A DNA stretch of 64,000 bases from Verrucomicrobiota bacterium JB023 (GTDB lineage Bacteria; Verrucomicrobiota; Verrucomicrobiia; Verrucomicrobiales; Akkermansiaceae), in the NCBI GenBank assembly GCA_030673895.1, contig JAUTCR010000015.1:753-64752 (forward strand), read 5' to 3'. Of this stretch, positions 28,358 to 38,434 are shown piece after piece (within the stretch, counting starts at the first letter, position 1; every line of letters begins with the position of its first letter). Made by a program: the position numbers and the translations under genes. The notes under the pieces are model-generated. The model saw only the letters and a program-made list of their open reading frames with translations. It was not told where the DNA came from and ran no database searches.

Positions 28358-29326
28358 CTACGGGAGGATCCAATCCGAGCAAACCAACTCGGTGATCAAG
28401 CTCTGTCTGTTCTTGCTGATCTCTTCGTCAGGCAGGATACGCAGGGTGATTCGCTGGGTCAGGGCGAGAGCTTTCTCGATCTGCTCGTGGGTCTCGGAGT
28501 CCCGCTCCGTATAGAAGAAAAGGCGCTGGCCAAGCTCGCTGACTCCGACCTCATAGGCTGCCCATTGGGTGTCGTCAGCATAGTCGTAATTATAGTAGGT
28601 CGAAGGTGTCCCGACCACGCGCACCAGAACAGGTTCGGCCACTTGGCCGGAAAGGATTTTCTCCCACTCGGCTTCACTATGCCGGGCGTAGGCTTGCCAA
28701 TCGACGCGCAGACCATCGGGAGTATTGATAACGAAGAGGACTCGCCGGGTCTCGTCCTCGAAGTCGACGAAAAAGATGCTGTAATTCGAGCGAACGGCGG
28801 AGGTGGCGAGCGCCACATGCTCCAGCGAGACGGGGATCTCGCTCACCGCTTGGGGGGCGAAGCTATCGAGAAGAGCCCGCGTCTCCTCCGGGTGGCGGCA
28901 GAGGGCAAGTCTTTCCTCCACGTCGGAGGTATTGATGAAGGATTCGGCGACCTTCTTCACATTGGCGAGGTCGGCGATGGCTATTTCTGGCACAGGCTCT
29001 TCCTGACTGGGCGTCATGCTACTGGTCGGAGCCGGCTGTTCCCAAGGCTTGAGGATGACTATGAGGGCTGCGACGAGCCCGAGAAGAAGGAGGATGAAGA
29101 GCTTGAGTGCGTGACGGCTGAGTTTGGAGAGAATGGCACGGGGCCATTCACGGATCGGGATAACGGCACTCTTAGGCGGGCGGGAGGAGCGACGACGGTA
29201 ACTGCGTTGTGATGGAGCCGCTTGGGAGGGGGTAGTGGGGTTGGCCGGGGTGCCGGGTTGGCTTTGTTCCTTTGCCCAGCTCGCTTTACCTCTTTCAGGC
29301 TTGTAGTGATGGTCTCGTCGTCTCAC
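28358..29326 (-). CDS. hypothetical single-pass membrane protein
   Basis: Basic/Pro-rich N-terminus, TM helix LFILLLLGLVAALIVIL and a roughly 220-aa soluble domain with normal composition. The overlapping plus-strand ORF was rejected. Confidence 0.45.
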   Translation of the reverse strand: MRRRDHHYKPERGKASWAKEQSQPGTPANPTTPSQAAPSQRSYRRRSSRPPKSAVIPIREWPRAILSKLSRHALKLFILLLLGLVAALIVILKPWEQPAPTSSMTPSQEEPVPEIAIADLANVKKVAESFINTSDVEERLALCRHPEETRALLDSFAPQAVSEIPVSLEHVALATSAVRSNYSIFFVDFEDETRRVLFVINTPDGLRVDWQAYARHSEAEWEKILSGQVAEPVLVRVVGTPSTYYNYDYADDTQWAAYEVGVSELGQRLFFYTERDSETHEQIEKALALTQRITLRILPDEEISKNRQSLITELVCSDWILP

Positions 29327-29455
29327 GGAATTGATAGATAGAGAAACATCTTTTTAGCTCATAACAAGAACAGGAAAAAGAAAGGTCATCATTCAATTAA
29401 GATAGGCTGGGGGCTCGACTTTGACAGGGTGACACCGGAGATTGGCGGGAAATCT

Positions 29456-30385
29456 ATGGACGACTCGATATTGATTGCGGTGTTGATGGGCGGGCCTGGC
29501 TCCGAGCGCGACGTCTCCCTGGCCTCGGGGAAGGCGGTTCTCAATGCGCTGAAGGGTGAAGGTCTCAATGCCGTGGGTGTGGATGTCACTGATGACAAGC
29601 CGGTTCTGCCGGATGGGGTGGGCTTGGCTTTCAACGTCATCCACGGCACTTTTGGAGAAGACGGCGGATTGCAGGCTTACCTTGAGGATCAGAACATTCC
29701 TTATACGGGCGCAGGGCGGGAGGATAGCCGGGTCGCCTTCGATAAATCGCTGAGCAAAGACGTCTTTCTGAAGGCCGGGGTGCCTACTCCGCAGTCGGAG
29801 ATCCTTGATGTGAGTGAGGGAGTTCGTTTGCCCTCTATCCCGGTTCCCTTCGTGGTGAAGCCGCCAAGGGAAGGAAGCAGCGTGGGCATCCAGATCGTGA
29901 AAACGGAAGAGGAAGCGCTCAAGGCGATCGAAGAAGCGTCCAAATACTCTCCGGACTTGCTCATTGAGGAGTTCGTCGAGGGGCGGGAACTGACGGTTCC
30001 CGTCATCGATGGTAAGCCTTATCCCGTGGTGGAAATCATCCCGCCGGAGGGTGGTAGCTACGATTTTGCCACCAAATACCCGTGGCTGAGCGGCCAGGCG
30101 ACCGGGAGCAACTATGTCTGCCCCGCCGACATTGATGAGGACGTGACTGCCGCCGTGCAGGAAGCTGCGGTAAAAGCGCATCAAGCATTGGGAATTGGTG
30201 TTTACTCGCGGGTCGATATCCTGCTAAATTCCTTAAGCAAACCTTACGTTTTGGAAGCCAATACTATTCCCGGAATGACAGAAACCAGCCTCTTGCCGAT
30301 GTCGGCCAAGGCGGCCGGGCTTTCATTCGGTGAACTTTGTCACCTGGTGGCAGAGATCTCGTGGCGGCTGCGTGGGGAAAATTAA
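29456..30385 (+). CDS. ddl: D-alanine--D-alanine ligase
   Basis: IAVLMGGPGSERDVSLASG, EGSSVGIQIV and LEANTIPGMT. Confidence 0.9.
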   Translation: MDDSILIAVLMGGPGSERDVSLASGKAVLNALKGEGLNAVGVDVTDDKPVLPDGVGLAFNVIHGTFGEDGGLQAYLEDQNIPYTGAGREDSRVAFDKSLSKDVFLKAGVPTPQSEILDVSEGVRLPSIPVPFVVKPPREGSSVGIQIVKTEEEALKAIEEASKYSPDLLIEEFVEGRELTVPVIDGKPYPVVEIIPPEGGSYDFATKYPWLSGQATGSNYVCPADIDEDVTAAVQEAAVKAHQALGIGVYSRVDILLNSLSKPYVLEANTIPGMTETSLLPMSAKAAGLSFGELCHLVAEISWRLRGEN

Positions 30386-30393
30386 CGCAAGCC

Positions 30394-31371
30394 ATGCCGC
30401 GGAGAAAAACGACCAAAGTCAGCAGCAGACGCCGGGCTCCCGGAAGCAAGCAGGTCAATCTGCATGTCCGGACGAAGGGGATCCTCTGGAGTAAGACGAA
30501 GAAGGCAGGGTCCGGCTTCGTTAAATTTCTAATGGTTCTCCTGGTCATCGCGGTGTGCGGTGTGGGCGGTTATCGGCTGTTGCTCGGAGTCTTTTTGGAG
30601 AATGACGAGTTCTTCCTCGATCAGGTGGAACTCTTGAGCTGGGAGGGCGAAGGGGAACCCCGCCTGCTAGACAAACAGCGTTTGCAAGAGGTTACCGGAT
30701 TGGAAACGGGGAAGAGCCTCTTTGCTTACAATTTAAGAGATCTGGAGAAGAAGCTGGTCGCCTTGCCAGAAATTACCCAGGCCCGTGCCATCCGGCACTA
30801 CCCCAATGTGGTGCGCATCTCTGTCGAGGAGCGCGTGCCGGTCGCTTGGCTCGACTGCCCGAAGAAAGGGGTCATCGCGAAGAGCTACCGCAAGGGGTTA
30901 TTGGTCGACGAGGAGGGCTACTGCTTTGCCCCCACTCCGGGGATGCGAGGCGCGGTGCAGGACTTGCCGGTGATTGCCGCGAGTCACCGTGATCCGGGCC
31001 GCCTGAAGAGCGGGCAGAAACTGGACGAAAGGGAGGTGATGAGAGCTCTCGAGCTGGTCAAATTATCGAGCGCCAGCCTGGAGGGAACGGGCTGGACCCT
31101 GCCCGTGGTCGGGCTGAACAACGAATATTCTCTCATGGCGAAGACGCATCTCGGCACCTCGGTGGTTTTTGGGCTCTACGAACATGAAAGACAGTTGGAC
31201 GATCTGATTCTGATCCTCAATCATGCGCGGCAGAGCGACCGTGGGGTGGAGTGGACGAACCTCATCCCCGAGCGCAATATCCCGGTCGTCTTGACCGGAA
31301 CGGAACGGGCGATGGCTTTGGTGCCTTCTCCAGTAGAGTACGAATTGGACGAAATTTTGAAGCGAGGTTGA
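30394..31371 (+). CDS. ftsQ: cell division protein FtsQ (POTRA domain)
   Basis: Basic N-terminus, one TM helix and a POTRA-like region (ITQARAIRHYPNVVRISVEERVPVAW). Position between ddl and ftsA. Confidence 0.75.
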   Translation: MPRRKTTKVSSRRRAPGSKQVNLHVRTKGILWSKTKKAGSGFVKFLMVLLVIAVCGVGGYRLLLGVFLENDEFFLDQVELLSWEGEGEPRLLDKQRLQEVTGLETGKSLFAYNLRDLEKKLVALPEITQARAIRHYPNVVRISVEERVPVAWLDCPKKGVIAKSYRKGLLVDEEGYCFAPTPGMRGAVQDLPVIAASHRDPGRLKSGQKLDEREVMRALELVKLSSASLEGTGWTLPVVGLNNEYSLMAKTHLGTSVVFGLYEHERQLDDLILILNHARQSDRGVEWTNLIPERNIPVVLTGTERAMALVPSPVEYELDEILKRG

Positions 31372-31375
31372 AAAG

Positions 31376-32581
31376 ATGGCAAGAAGTCGGATTCATGTCG
31401 GTCTGGAGATAGGGACCACCAAAACGTGTATGGTCGTGGCCGAGGTGAAGCCTGATGGCTCAGTGAAAATACTGGGCGTGGGTGAGGGGAAGAGCGCGGG
31501 CGTTAGAAAAGGAGAGATCACGGACTTTCTCCAGGCGAAGGCCTGCGTGAAGTCAGCCTTGCTGGAGGCCGAGGACAATAGCGATGTTGAGATTAACAGC
31601 GTCTTCCTCGCTGTCACCGGGAACCATATCCACGGCATCAACAACATCGGCACCTTCCGCCTCCCGGATAATGAGAAGGAGGTCACGCAGGAGCATATCG
31701 ATGAGGTGAAGGAGATCGCCGCTGATCTCAAACTCCCGGCGGAGAATGTTTATCTTCATAATCTCGTCCGCCACTTCAGCCTTGATGGGCAACAGCATGC
31801 CAATACGCCGGTCGGCTTGATGGGCCGCACCTTGGAGGCGGATTTCCATATCGTGCATGGCATGGAGACCCGGATCCAGAACTCGATTAAGTGCGTGCGC
31901 GAGATCCCGCTCGATGTGGATGACGTCGTCTTCGCGCCGGTCGCTTCGGCTCAGATTGCCTTGACCAAATCCCGCAAGGAGGCCGGCGCCCTGGTGATCG
32001 ACATCGGGGGCGGAACGACAGATTACATTCTCTACACCGAGGGAGCGATAGCCGCCTCGGGTTGTGTCCCGGTCGGCGGAGATCACATCACCAACGATAT
32101 CCACCTGGTTACTCATGTGCCGCTCTCCAAATCAGAAAAGCTGAAGGTGACCGAGGCGGACGTCTCCGGTGATCCCGCAAAATCGGTCGGGGTGGTCGCG
32201 GTCTCTGATGACAATGGCTTCCCTGACATTGAGGTGCAGCGGCAAGAGCTCAATGAGGTGGCCCGCTGGCGCTTGAAGGAGACCTTCGAGATTGTGAAAA
32301 AGAGGCTCCCTGAAGATTGGCACGGCAAGGTGGGAACCGGGGTCTTCCTAACGGGCGGGACAAGCCTGATGCAAGGTATCGGCGAGCTGGCCTTGGAGGT
32401 TTACGGTCAGCCAGTCTATCGGCCCGAGCGACCTGAGGTCAGTGGCGTGCACGCATACTTCAAGGATCCCCAGTATTCGACCGCGCTGGGACTCATCCGC
32501 TACGCCCAGATCCTCGATGAGGAGAGGCCGGAGAGAAAGGGAGGGATCAGCACGTTCTTCAAGGCTCTCCTTCCTTGGTAA
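31376..32581 (+). CDS. ftsA: cell division protein FtsA
   Basis: Actin-fold motifs GLEIGTTKTCMVVAE, VIDIGGGTTD and FLTGGTSLMQGI. Confidence 0.9.
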   Translation: MARSRIHVGLEIGTTKTCMVVAEVKPDGSVKILGVGEGKSAGVRKGEITDFLQAKACVKSALLEAEDNSDVEINSVFLAVTGNHIHGINNIGTFRLPDNEKEVTQEHIDEVKEIAADLKLPAENVYLHNLVRHFSLDGQQHANTPVGLMGRTLEADFHIVHGMETRIQNSIKCVREIPLDVDDVVFAPVASAQIALTKSRKEAGALVIDIGGGTTDYILYTEGAIAASGCVPVGGDHITNDIHLVTHVPLSKSEKLKVTEADVSGDPAKSVGVVAVSDDNGFPDIEVQRQELNEVARWRLKETFEIVKKRLPEDWHGKVGTGVFLTGGTSLMQGIGELALEVYGQPVYRPERPEVSGVHAYFKDPQYSTALGLIRYAQILDEERPERKGGISTFFKALLPW

Positions 32582-32628
32582 GTTGCCCCTGTCCGGAGGC
32601 TCATTCCCCTCCACGAGCAAGCCATACG

Positions 32629-33609
32629 ATGACGAACGAGCCCGAGCACCTTCTGCCCGACTACCCTGCCGTCTGGCACGAGCTGGCTGCAGCGGGCCTA
32701 GCTGACTGGGTGGCTGAGCTGCGGAAGCGAATCCGCCAAGTTTACCTAGAGAAGCCTCATGGAGACTGGCCGCGATGGCAAGGGGCGCTGGCCGTCTTGC
32801 AGGGACTTGCGGCCAACGGCTTCCGAGTCGAGGATGACCGGGTTGTTTTCGCTGGCGACTTCCCCCCGGCGTCGGACTTGAGGGATGAGCTGATGAAGCT
32901 TCATCCATGGAGGAAGGGACCGATGTGGTTTGGCGACCTCCATGTGGACACCGAGTGGCGATCCGATTGGAAGTGGCAGCGCTTGTCCGGGAAGCTGAGC
33001 TCGCTAAGGGGGCGGCGGGTGTTGGATGTAGGGTGCGGCAATGGTTATCACCTTTGGCACATGCTGGCGGAGGGAGCGCGACTCGCTCTTGGCGTCGACC
33101 CGGTTCAGCTCTACGGGTGCCAGTTTTTAGCCGCTCGTCATTTCGCAGGCGACGTGCCTGCTGCGGTGTTGCCTCTGGGAATCGAGCATCTTCCGCCGGG
33201 ATTGGCAGCCTTTGATACCGTATTCTCGATGGGAGTGCTCTATCATCGCAAGTCACCTATCGAGCATCTCGAGCAACTCCACGGGCTCCTCACCAAGAAG
33301 GGTGAGCTGGTGTTAGAGACACTCATCGTAGAAGAGCGGGAGCTACTCCTTCCGCCTGGACGTTATGCCCAGATGCGCAACGTCTGGTTCTTACCTGACC
33401 TCGCTCTGCTGCAGCGGATGGTGGAGCGGGCCGGCTTCCGGGACTTCACCGTTCTCGATGTGACGAGGACGACAACCGAAGAGCAACGCTCGACGGATTG
33501 GATGACCTTCCAATCTTTGCCCGACTTTCTGGCACCCGACGATGCGAGCAAAACCATCGAAGGCCACCCCGGCCCCATGCGAGCAGTAGTGAAGGCGACC
33601 AAGGGGTGA
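32629..33609 (+). CDS. cmoB: tRNA U34 carboxymethyltransferase CmoB
   Basis: HPWRKGPMWFGDLHVDTEWRSDWKW and the SAM-type motif VLDVGCGNGYH. ATG at 32629. Confidence 0.85.
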   Translation: MTNEPEHLLPDYPAVWHELAAAGLADWVAELRKRIRQVYLEKPHGDWPRWQGALAVLQGLAANGFRVEDDRVVFAGDFPPASDLRDELMKLHPWRKGPMWFGDLHVDTEWRSDWKWQRLSGKLSSLRGRRVLDVGCGNGYHLWHMLAEGARLALGVDPVQLYGCQFLAARHFAGDVPAAVLPLGIEHLPPGLAAFDTVFSMGVLYHRKSPIEHLEQLHGLLTKKGELVLETLIVEERELLLPPGRYAQMRNVWFLPDLALLQRMVERAGFRDFTVLDVTRTTTEEQRSTDWMTFQSLPDFLAPDDASKTIEGHPGPMRAVVKATKG

Positions 33610-33612
33610 AGC

Positions 33613-34680
33613 TCACCTGCGGCGGCCGGTCATCAGGGTCCAGTGATTGTTCACCGGCCCAAGACCGAGCAGGTTGGGGCGTTCCGCCATCATGATGAAG
33701 CGATGTCCATCGGAAGCAAACCAAGCATCGTAGGCTGCTATCGGTGAGGCATTGCCGGCGAAGATGTTCTCGCCCGTCCAGCGGTGCTGAAAGCCCGCCA
33801 ATTTCGCGCGGTCGTTCGGCGTTTTCTTTCCCTCCACCGGCGACATGTGGGCGAAGAAGCGGAGGCGGATCATATCCTCGGAGTGCCCTCGGGATGCTTC
33901 GGAGAGTTGCTCGTCCAAGACGAGGGCCCCCAGACCAAGGATTGCACGCTGCTCATTGAGATGCTGGGCAAATTTCTTGTGAGAGCTGCCAGCCCAAGCG
34001 AGCGCGTGGTTGATACGATTGGTTTCCTCGAGTTGAGCCTGCTCCGCAATCAGCTCCTCCCGTCCCCGTCGGATCCTAAGGTAATCCTCTCCTCCCGCGA
34101 CATCTTCGAGAACCTCCTCGGCGCTGTCTGGCATCACCTCCGGATCGTCAGCTTCGACTTTCTCAATCTCCGCCAGCACCTCGGCGAGAGCGGTAGCCGC
34201 ACCATCCATCCAGGCGTCATAGGATGCGGGATCTTTTCCAGCGGCACGCAGGGCTCGCTCGCGGAGGCGATGGAGACGTTCCATCTCGTTTCGCAGCATC
34301 GCAATCTTTGCTTTGTCCTTCTGATAATCCGTCCGGATGAGGGGGAGAACGCGTTCAACCTCCTGTTGCCATTCCTCCCATGCGGGCGCAAAGCTCAAGT
34401 AGGGGTTGGCGGGATTGGCCCGCTTCAGAAGGGTATCAGTGAGGCGTTTGTTGTGATAGCGGCGCGCTTTTTCGAGCACCCGCAGATAGTCACGCGGATT
34501 GATATCGGCGAAGGCTTCCGGGGTGCGGAAGGCGGCGGACCGTTTCTCGGTATCGTCGCTGCACAACCATTGGAGGGTCTTCTCGAGGATCAGTTCCGCT
34601 TGCGGGGTGGTCGTCGTATCTTGGGCTGAGAGGGGGGTGAGGGCGTGGAGGACGAGCAGGAAGAGAATGAAATGGCGCAT
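33613..34680 (-). CDS. secreted CAP (SCP/PR-1-like) domain protein with N-terminal helical region
   Basis: Signal peptide MRHFILFLLVLHALTPLSAQ. The C-terminal CAP-like region shows HSEDM...FFAHMSP...GENIFAG...WFASDGHRFIMM. Confidence 0.65.
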   Translation of the reverse strand: MRHFILFLLVLHALTPLSAQDTTTTPQAELILEKTLQWLCSDDTEKRSAAFRTPEAFADINPRDYLRVLEKARRYHNKRLTDTLLKRANPANPYLSFAPAWEEWQQEVERVLPLIRTDYQKDKAKIAMLRNEMERLHRLRERALRAAGKDPASYDAWMDGAATALAEVLAEIEKVEADDPEVMPDSAEEVLEDVAGGEDYLRIRRGREELIAEQAQLEETNRINHALAWAGSSHKKFAQHLNEQRAILGLGALVLDEQLSEASRGHSEDMIRLRFFAHMSPVEGKKTPNDRAKLAGFQHRWTGENIFAGNASPIAAYDAWFASDGHRFIMMAERPNLLGLGPVNNHWTLMTGRRR

Positions 34681-34809
34681 GGCAGGAGCAGGAAGTGACG
34701 GATCGGAAGGTGAAGGAACCCTGCCCGAGGTGGATCGTTGCAGGGCAGGCTCACGACTTTTTGTCTCCACCTATTGAGAACGAATGAGGGAGGCATTTCT
34801 TGGTTCTCC

Positions 34810-35511
34810 TCACTCCGATTGCCGCAGAATGGTTGCCGCAGAGTAGAGCACCTTGTTGGAGGCATTATACTCGGATTTGAGCTTCAGCTCCGTTCTCGAG
34901 AGATCGACCAAGGTCCAGCTGGTGAAGGTCCAGTCCCCGTCTTGCCCATCGTGGGCAAAGCCGATGAGCAGGTGGTGCGCATCGAAGTGAATCTTCGAAG
35001 TCTCTTTCCTAGGCGTGTAGTAGAAGGTTCGGAGCGACGAATGGCGCGACGAATCCTCATAGAGCTTCGGGTCGAGGTAGTAGGTTCTCTGTGAGGGGAG
35101 GTGGGTGATCTTTAGGTCGGGATAGCCCGAGCGCTGAGCCTTGCCCGCCGTAGTCGTGGGGATCTCGCAAGCCAGCTGGGGTGAGCTGTTAATGAAGCCC
35201 ATCAGGGCTTCTTCGAAATACTTGGACGCTTCGTTGATTCGGCGCAGGCCCTTGAGAGGCGAGTTGTCCTGATTGAGTAGATTGACCGTCTCTTCCGCAG
35301 CCTTTGCCAGCGCCTCCAGGACGTCGTCACTCTCCGGTCCGATGGGTAAGACCGTGTGCCCGGTGGCCTCTTCGATGACATGCCCGAAGGCTTGGCTTCC
35401 CTCGCGAGAGGGAGTCTCGCGGACAACATCCCGGAGGTGAAAGAATGCTCCAGTATAGCCCAGCATCGCGCCGAGGAGCAGGCAGGCGACAACGAGAAGA
35501 AAGCGAACCAT
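34810..35511 (-). CDS. hypothetical membrane-anchored protein (possible PD-(D/E)xK-fold domain)
   Basis: Anchor MVRFLLVVACLLLGAMLGYTG. The C-terminal half contains GYPDLKITH...YYLDPKLY. Confidence 0.4.
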   Translation of the reverse strand: MVRFLLVVACLLLGAMLGYTGAFFHLRDVVRETPSREGSQAFGHVIEEATGHTVLPIGPESDDVLEALAKAAEETVNLLNQDNSPLKGLRRINEASKYFEEALMGFINSSPQLACEIPTTTAGKAQRSGYPDLKITHLPSQRTYYLDPKLYEDSSRHSSLRTFYYTPRKETSKIHFDAHHLLIGFAHDGQDGDWTFTSWTLVDLSRTELKLKSEYNASNKVLYSAATILRQSE

Positions 35512-35582
35512 GGCTCTCTTTTATCTCATGAGCGGGGCGAACGGAAACCGCGAATCCGGCCATCAATCGAGCGGAATCGATT

Positions 35583-35595
35583 GGTCAAATTGACC
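35583..35595. promoter_or_regulatory. perfect palindrome GGTCAAATTGACC upstream of clpB (possible operator)
   Basis: A 6-1-6 inverted repeat about 100 nt upstream of the clpB ATG, with a further GTCAAA half-site immediately 3'. Confidence 0.2.
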
Positions 35596-35697
35596 GGGTC
35601 AAATCGGCAGAATCGGGCGATTTGTCACAGGAGAAGGTGGTCGGGTGATTGGTGGTCAATAGGTTACGAATGGCAAGGGGCGTGCAAATAGCAAGGC

Positions 35698-38271
35698 ATG
35701 GGATTAGATAAACTCACAGTCAAACTTCAAGAAGCGCTGCAACAAGCGCAGCGGATGGCCGCCAAGTCGGCGCATCCGGAATTGAAGAGCGCGCACGTGC
35801 TTCTCGCTCTCCTCACGCAGGAGGGGGGCATCGTGGGCCCTCTTTTACAAAAAGCCGGCCTGGACCTGACCGCCTTGAAGGCGAGGGTCGTGACCGATCT
35901 GGAAAAGGAACCCCGCGTGCAAGGAGCCAGCAGCCAGCCGCAGCTGAGCTACGGCCTGCGTAGTAACTTGGATGCAGCGGACGAGGCCCGCGAGAAGCTC
36001 GGGGACGATTTCCTGAGCGTCGAGCACTTCATCGCCGGGGCTCTCAGCTCTGATTCGCCCGCCGGTAAGCTGCTGAAGGAAGCAGGTCTCACTCAAGAGA
36101 GCTTCGACCAAGCCCTCAAGGAAGTCCGTGGCTCTCAAAAGGTGACGGACGAGGATCCGGAGGGCAAGTATGAGGCGCTCGAGAAATACGGTACCGACCT
36201 CACTGCCCGGGCCCGGGAGGGAAAAATCGACCCGGTCATCGGTCGCGATGAGGAAATCCGCCGGGTCCTGCAGGTGCTCTCCCGGCGCACCAAGAACAAT
36301 CCGGTCCTGATTGGTGAGCCCGGGGTGGGTAAGACCGCCATCGTCGAGGGTTTGGCTCGCCGCATTGTTAGCGGCGATGTGCCGGACAGTATGAAGAACA
36401 AGCGGGTCATCTCGCTGGACCTCGGCGGCATGATTGCCGGAGCCAAATACCGTGGTGAATTCGAGGATCGCTTGAAGGCCTTCCTGAAGGAAGTCACCGC
36501 CTCGGAGGGTGAGATCGTGCTCTTCATTGACGAGCTGCACACCATCGTTGGTGCCGGCGCGAGCGAGGGAGCGGTCGATGCCTCCAATCTGCTCAAGCCT
36601 CAATTGGCACGTGGCGAACTGCGCACCATCGGAGCGACCACCTTGGACGAATACCGGAAATACATCGAGAAGGATGCCGCCCTGGAGCGTCGCTTCCAAC
36701 CTGTCATGGTTGGCGAACCGAGTGTGGAAGACACCGTCGCCATTCTCCGCGGCTTAAAGGAACGATACGAGGTGCACCATGGGGTGCGCATCCAGGATGG
36801 AGCCTTGGTCGCGGCCGCCGGTCTCAGTGACCGTTACATCTCCGATCGTTTCCTGCCTGACAAGGCGGTGGACCTTGTCGATGAAGCGGCTAGCCGGTTG
36901 AAGATCGAGCTCGACTCCATGCCGACCGAGATTGACCAGATTGAGCGCCAGATCATGCAGCTCGAGATGGAGCGTCAGGCCTTGGCCAAAGAGACCGATG
37001 CCGCCAGCAAGACCCGGCTCGAAAAAGTCGAGTCCGAGATGGCCAATCTCAAGGAAGAGTCCGCCGGCCTCATGGCCCGTTGGCGCAATGAGAAGGAGGT
37101 CATCGAAGCGGTGCGGGAGGCTCAAGAGCGCATCGAAGCTCTGAAGACAGAGGTCGAGCAGGCTCAGCGCATCGGGGACCTGACCCGGGCCTCCGAGATC
37201 ACCTACGGGCAGATCCCGGATGCCGAGCGAGCCCTGGAGGAGGCAAAGAGCCAACTGGCCGAGAGGCAGGGGGCGGAGGGTCTGCTCAAGGAGGAGGTGA
37301 CCGAGGAGGACATCGCCCGCGTTGTCGCTAGCTGGACCGGCATCCCGGTCAGCCGCCTACAGGAAGGCGAGCGTTCCAAGCTGGTCAATATGGAGTCCCG
37401 CTTGGGTGAGCGGGTCATCGGTCAGCGCAAGGCCATCGACGCGGTGTCCAATGCGGTGCGCCGGGCCCGGGCCGGCTTGCAGGATGAGAATCGGCCTATC
37501 GGCTCCTTCCTCTTCCTCGGACCGACCGGGGTGGGTAAGACTGAGCTATCCAAGGCGCTTGCCGAGTTCCTCTTCGATGATGAAGGCGCGATCATTCGCA
37601 TCGACATGTCGGAGTACATGGAGAAGCACGCCGTGGCCCGCTTGATTGGTGCCCCTCCGGGATACGTGGGCTACGAGGAAGGCGGCCAGCTGAGCGAGCA
37701 CGTCCGCCGCAAGCCGTACTCGGTCGTGCTCTTCGATGAAGTCGAAAAGGCGCATCCGGATGTCTTCAACGTGCTCTTGCAAGTGCTGGACGATGGACGC
37801 ATCACGGATGGGCAGGGACGGACCGTGGATTTCCGCAATACCGTCCTCATCATGACCTCGAATATCGGCAGCCAGTTCATCATGGATGAGACCAATGCCG
37901 AGCAGCGCGAGGCCAAGGTGACGGACGCCTTGCGGGCTCACTTCAGGCCGGAATTCCTCAATCGGGTCGACGAGACGGTCATCTTCGACCGCTTGGACCG
38001 GGAGGAACTCACCACCATCGTGGACCTGCAGCTGGAGCGGGTGCGCAAGCGTCTTGCCAAGCAAGGGCTGGGGCTGGCTCTCAGCGACCAAGCCAAGGAG
38101 TTCATCGGCAACCAGGGATACGACCCGGTCTACGGCGCGCGTCCTCTGAAGAGAGCCATCCAGAAGCATCTCTTGGACGAGCTCAGCCTGGAGCTGCTGG
38201 AAGGCAAGTTCGCCGAGGGCGATGTCATCACCGCCGATGTCAGCGAGGGGCAGGTTGTTTTCACCAAGTAA
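35698..38271 (+). CDS. clpB: ATP-dependent chaperone ClpB
   Basis: Clp N-domain, two AAA+ modules ([18 protein letters not shown]), a long coiled-coil middle domain and 857 aa in total. Confidence 0.97.
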   Translation: MGLDKLTVKLQEALQQAQRMAAKSAHPELKSAHVLLALLTQEGGIVGPLLQKAGLDLTALKARVVTDLEKEPRVQGASSQPQLSYGLRSNLDAADEAREKLGDDFLSVEHFIAGALSSDSPAGKLLKEAGLTQESFDQALKEVRGSQKVTDEDPEGKYEALEKYGTDLTARAREGKIDPVIGRDEEIRRVLQVLSRRTKNNPVLIGEPGVGKTAIVEGLARRIVSGDVPDSMKNKRVISLDLGGMIAGAKYRGEFEDRLKAFLKEVTASEGEIVLFIDELHTIVGAGASEGAVDASNLLKPQLARGELRTIGATTLDEYRKYIEKDAALERRFQPVMVGEPSVEDTVAILRGLKERYEVHHGVRIQDGALVAAAGLSDRYISDRFLPDKAVDLVDEAASRLKIELDSMPTEIDQIERQIMQLEMERQALAKETDAASKTRLEKVESEMANLKEESAGLMARWRNEKEVIEAVREAQERIEALKTEVEQAQRIGDLTRASEITYGQIPDAERALEEAKSQLAERQGAEGLLKEEVTEEDIARVVASWTGIPVSRLQEGERSKLVNMESRLGERVIGQRKAIDAVSNAVRRARAGLQDENRPIGSFLFLGPTGVGKTELSKALAEFLFDDEGAIIRIDMSEYMEKHAVARLIGAPPGYVGYEEGGQLSEHVRRKPYSVVLFDEVEKAHPDVFNVLLQVLDDGRITDGQGRTVDFRNTVLIMTSNIGSQFIMDETNAEQREAKVTDALRAHFRPEFLNRVDETVIFDRLDREELTTIVDLQLERVRKRLAKQGLGLALSDQAKEFIGNQGYDPVYGARPLKRAIQKHLLDELSLELLEGKFAEGDVITADVSEGQVVFTK

Positions 38272-38300
38272 AAGGCCCGACCCGGGCGATTAGAGTGAGC

Positions 38301-38327
38301 AAGCGCGGAGCGATCCGCGCTTTTTTC
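38301..38327 (+). terminator. rho-independent terminator after clpB
   Basis: Hairpin GCGCGGA(gcga)TCCGCGC followed by TTTTTT. Confidence 0.75.
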
Positions 38328-38434
38328 GTTGCGCGGGTTCCTTGCGAACAAGCCCTAGTGAGGAGGGGCCGCCTTCCAGTCATTCCTTCGCCCACGCTTG
38401 AATTCGCCCATCCCGTGGGGTAGGGCGGGCGGTG

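Noticed and set aside
28247-29212. Plus-strand 321-aa ORF opposite 28358..29326.
   Set aside because: The minus-strand product has a clear TM helix and a balanced soluble domain. The plus-strand peptide is Gly/Arg/Leu-rich without features, so only one of the two can be real.
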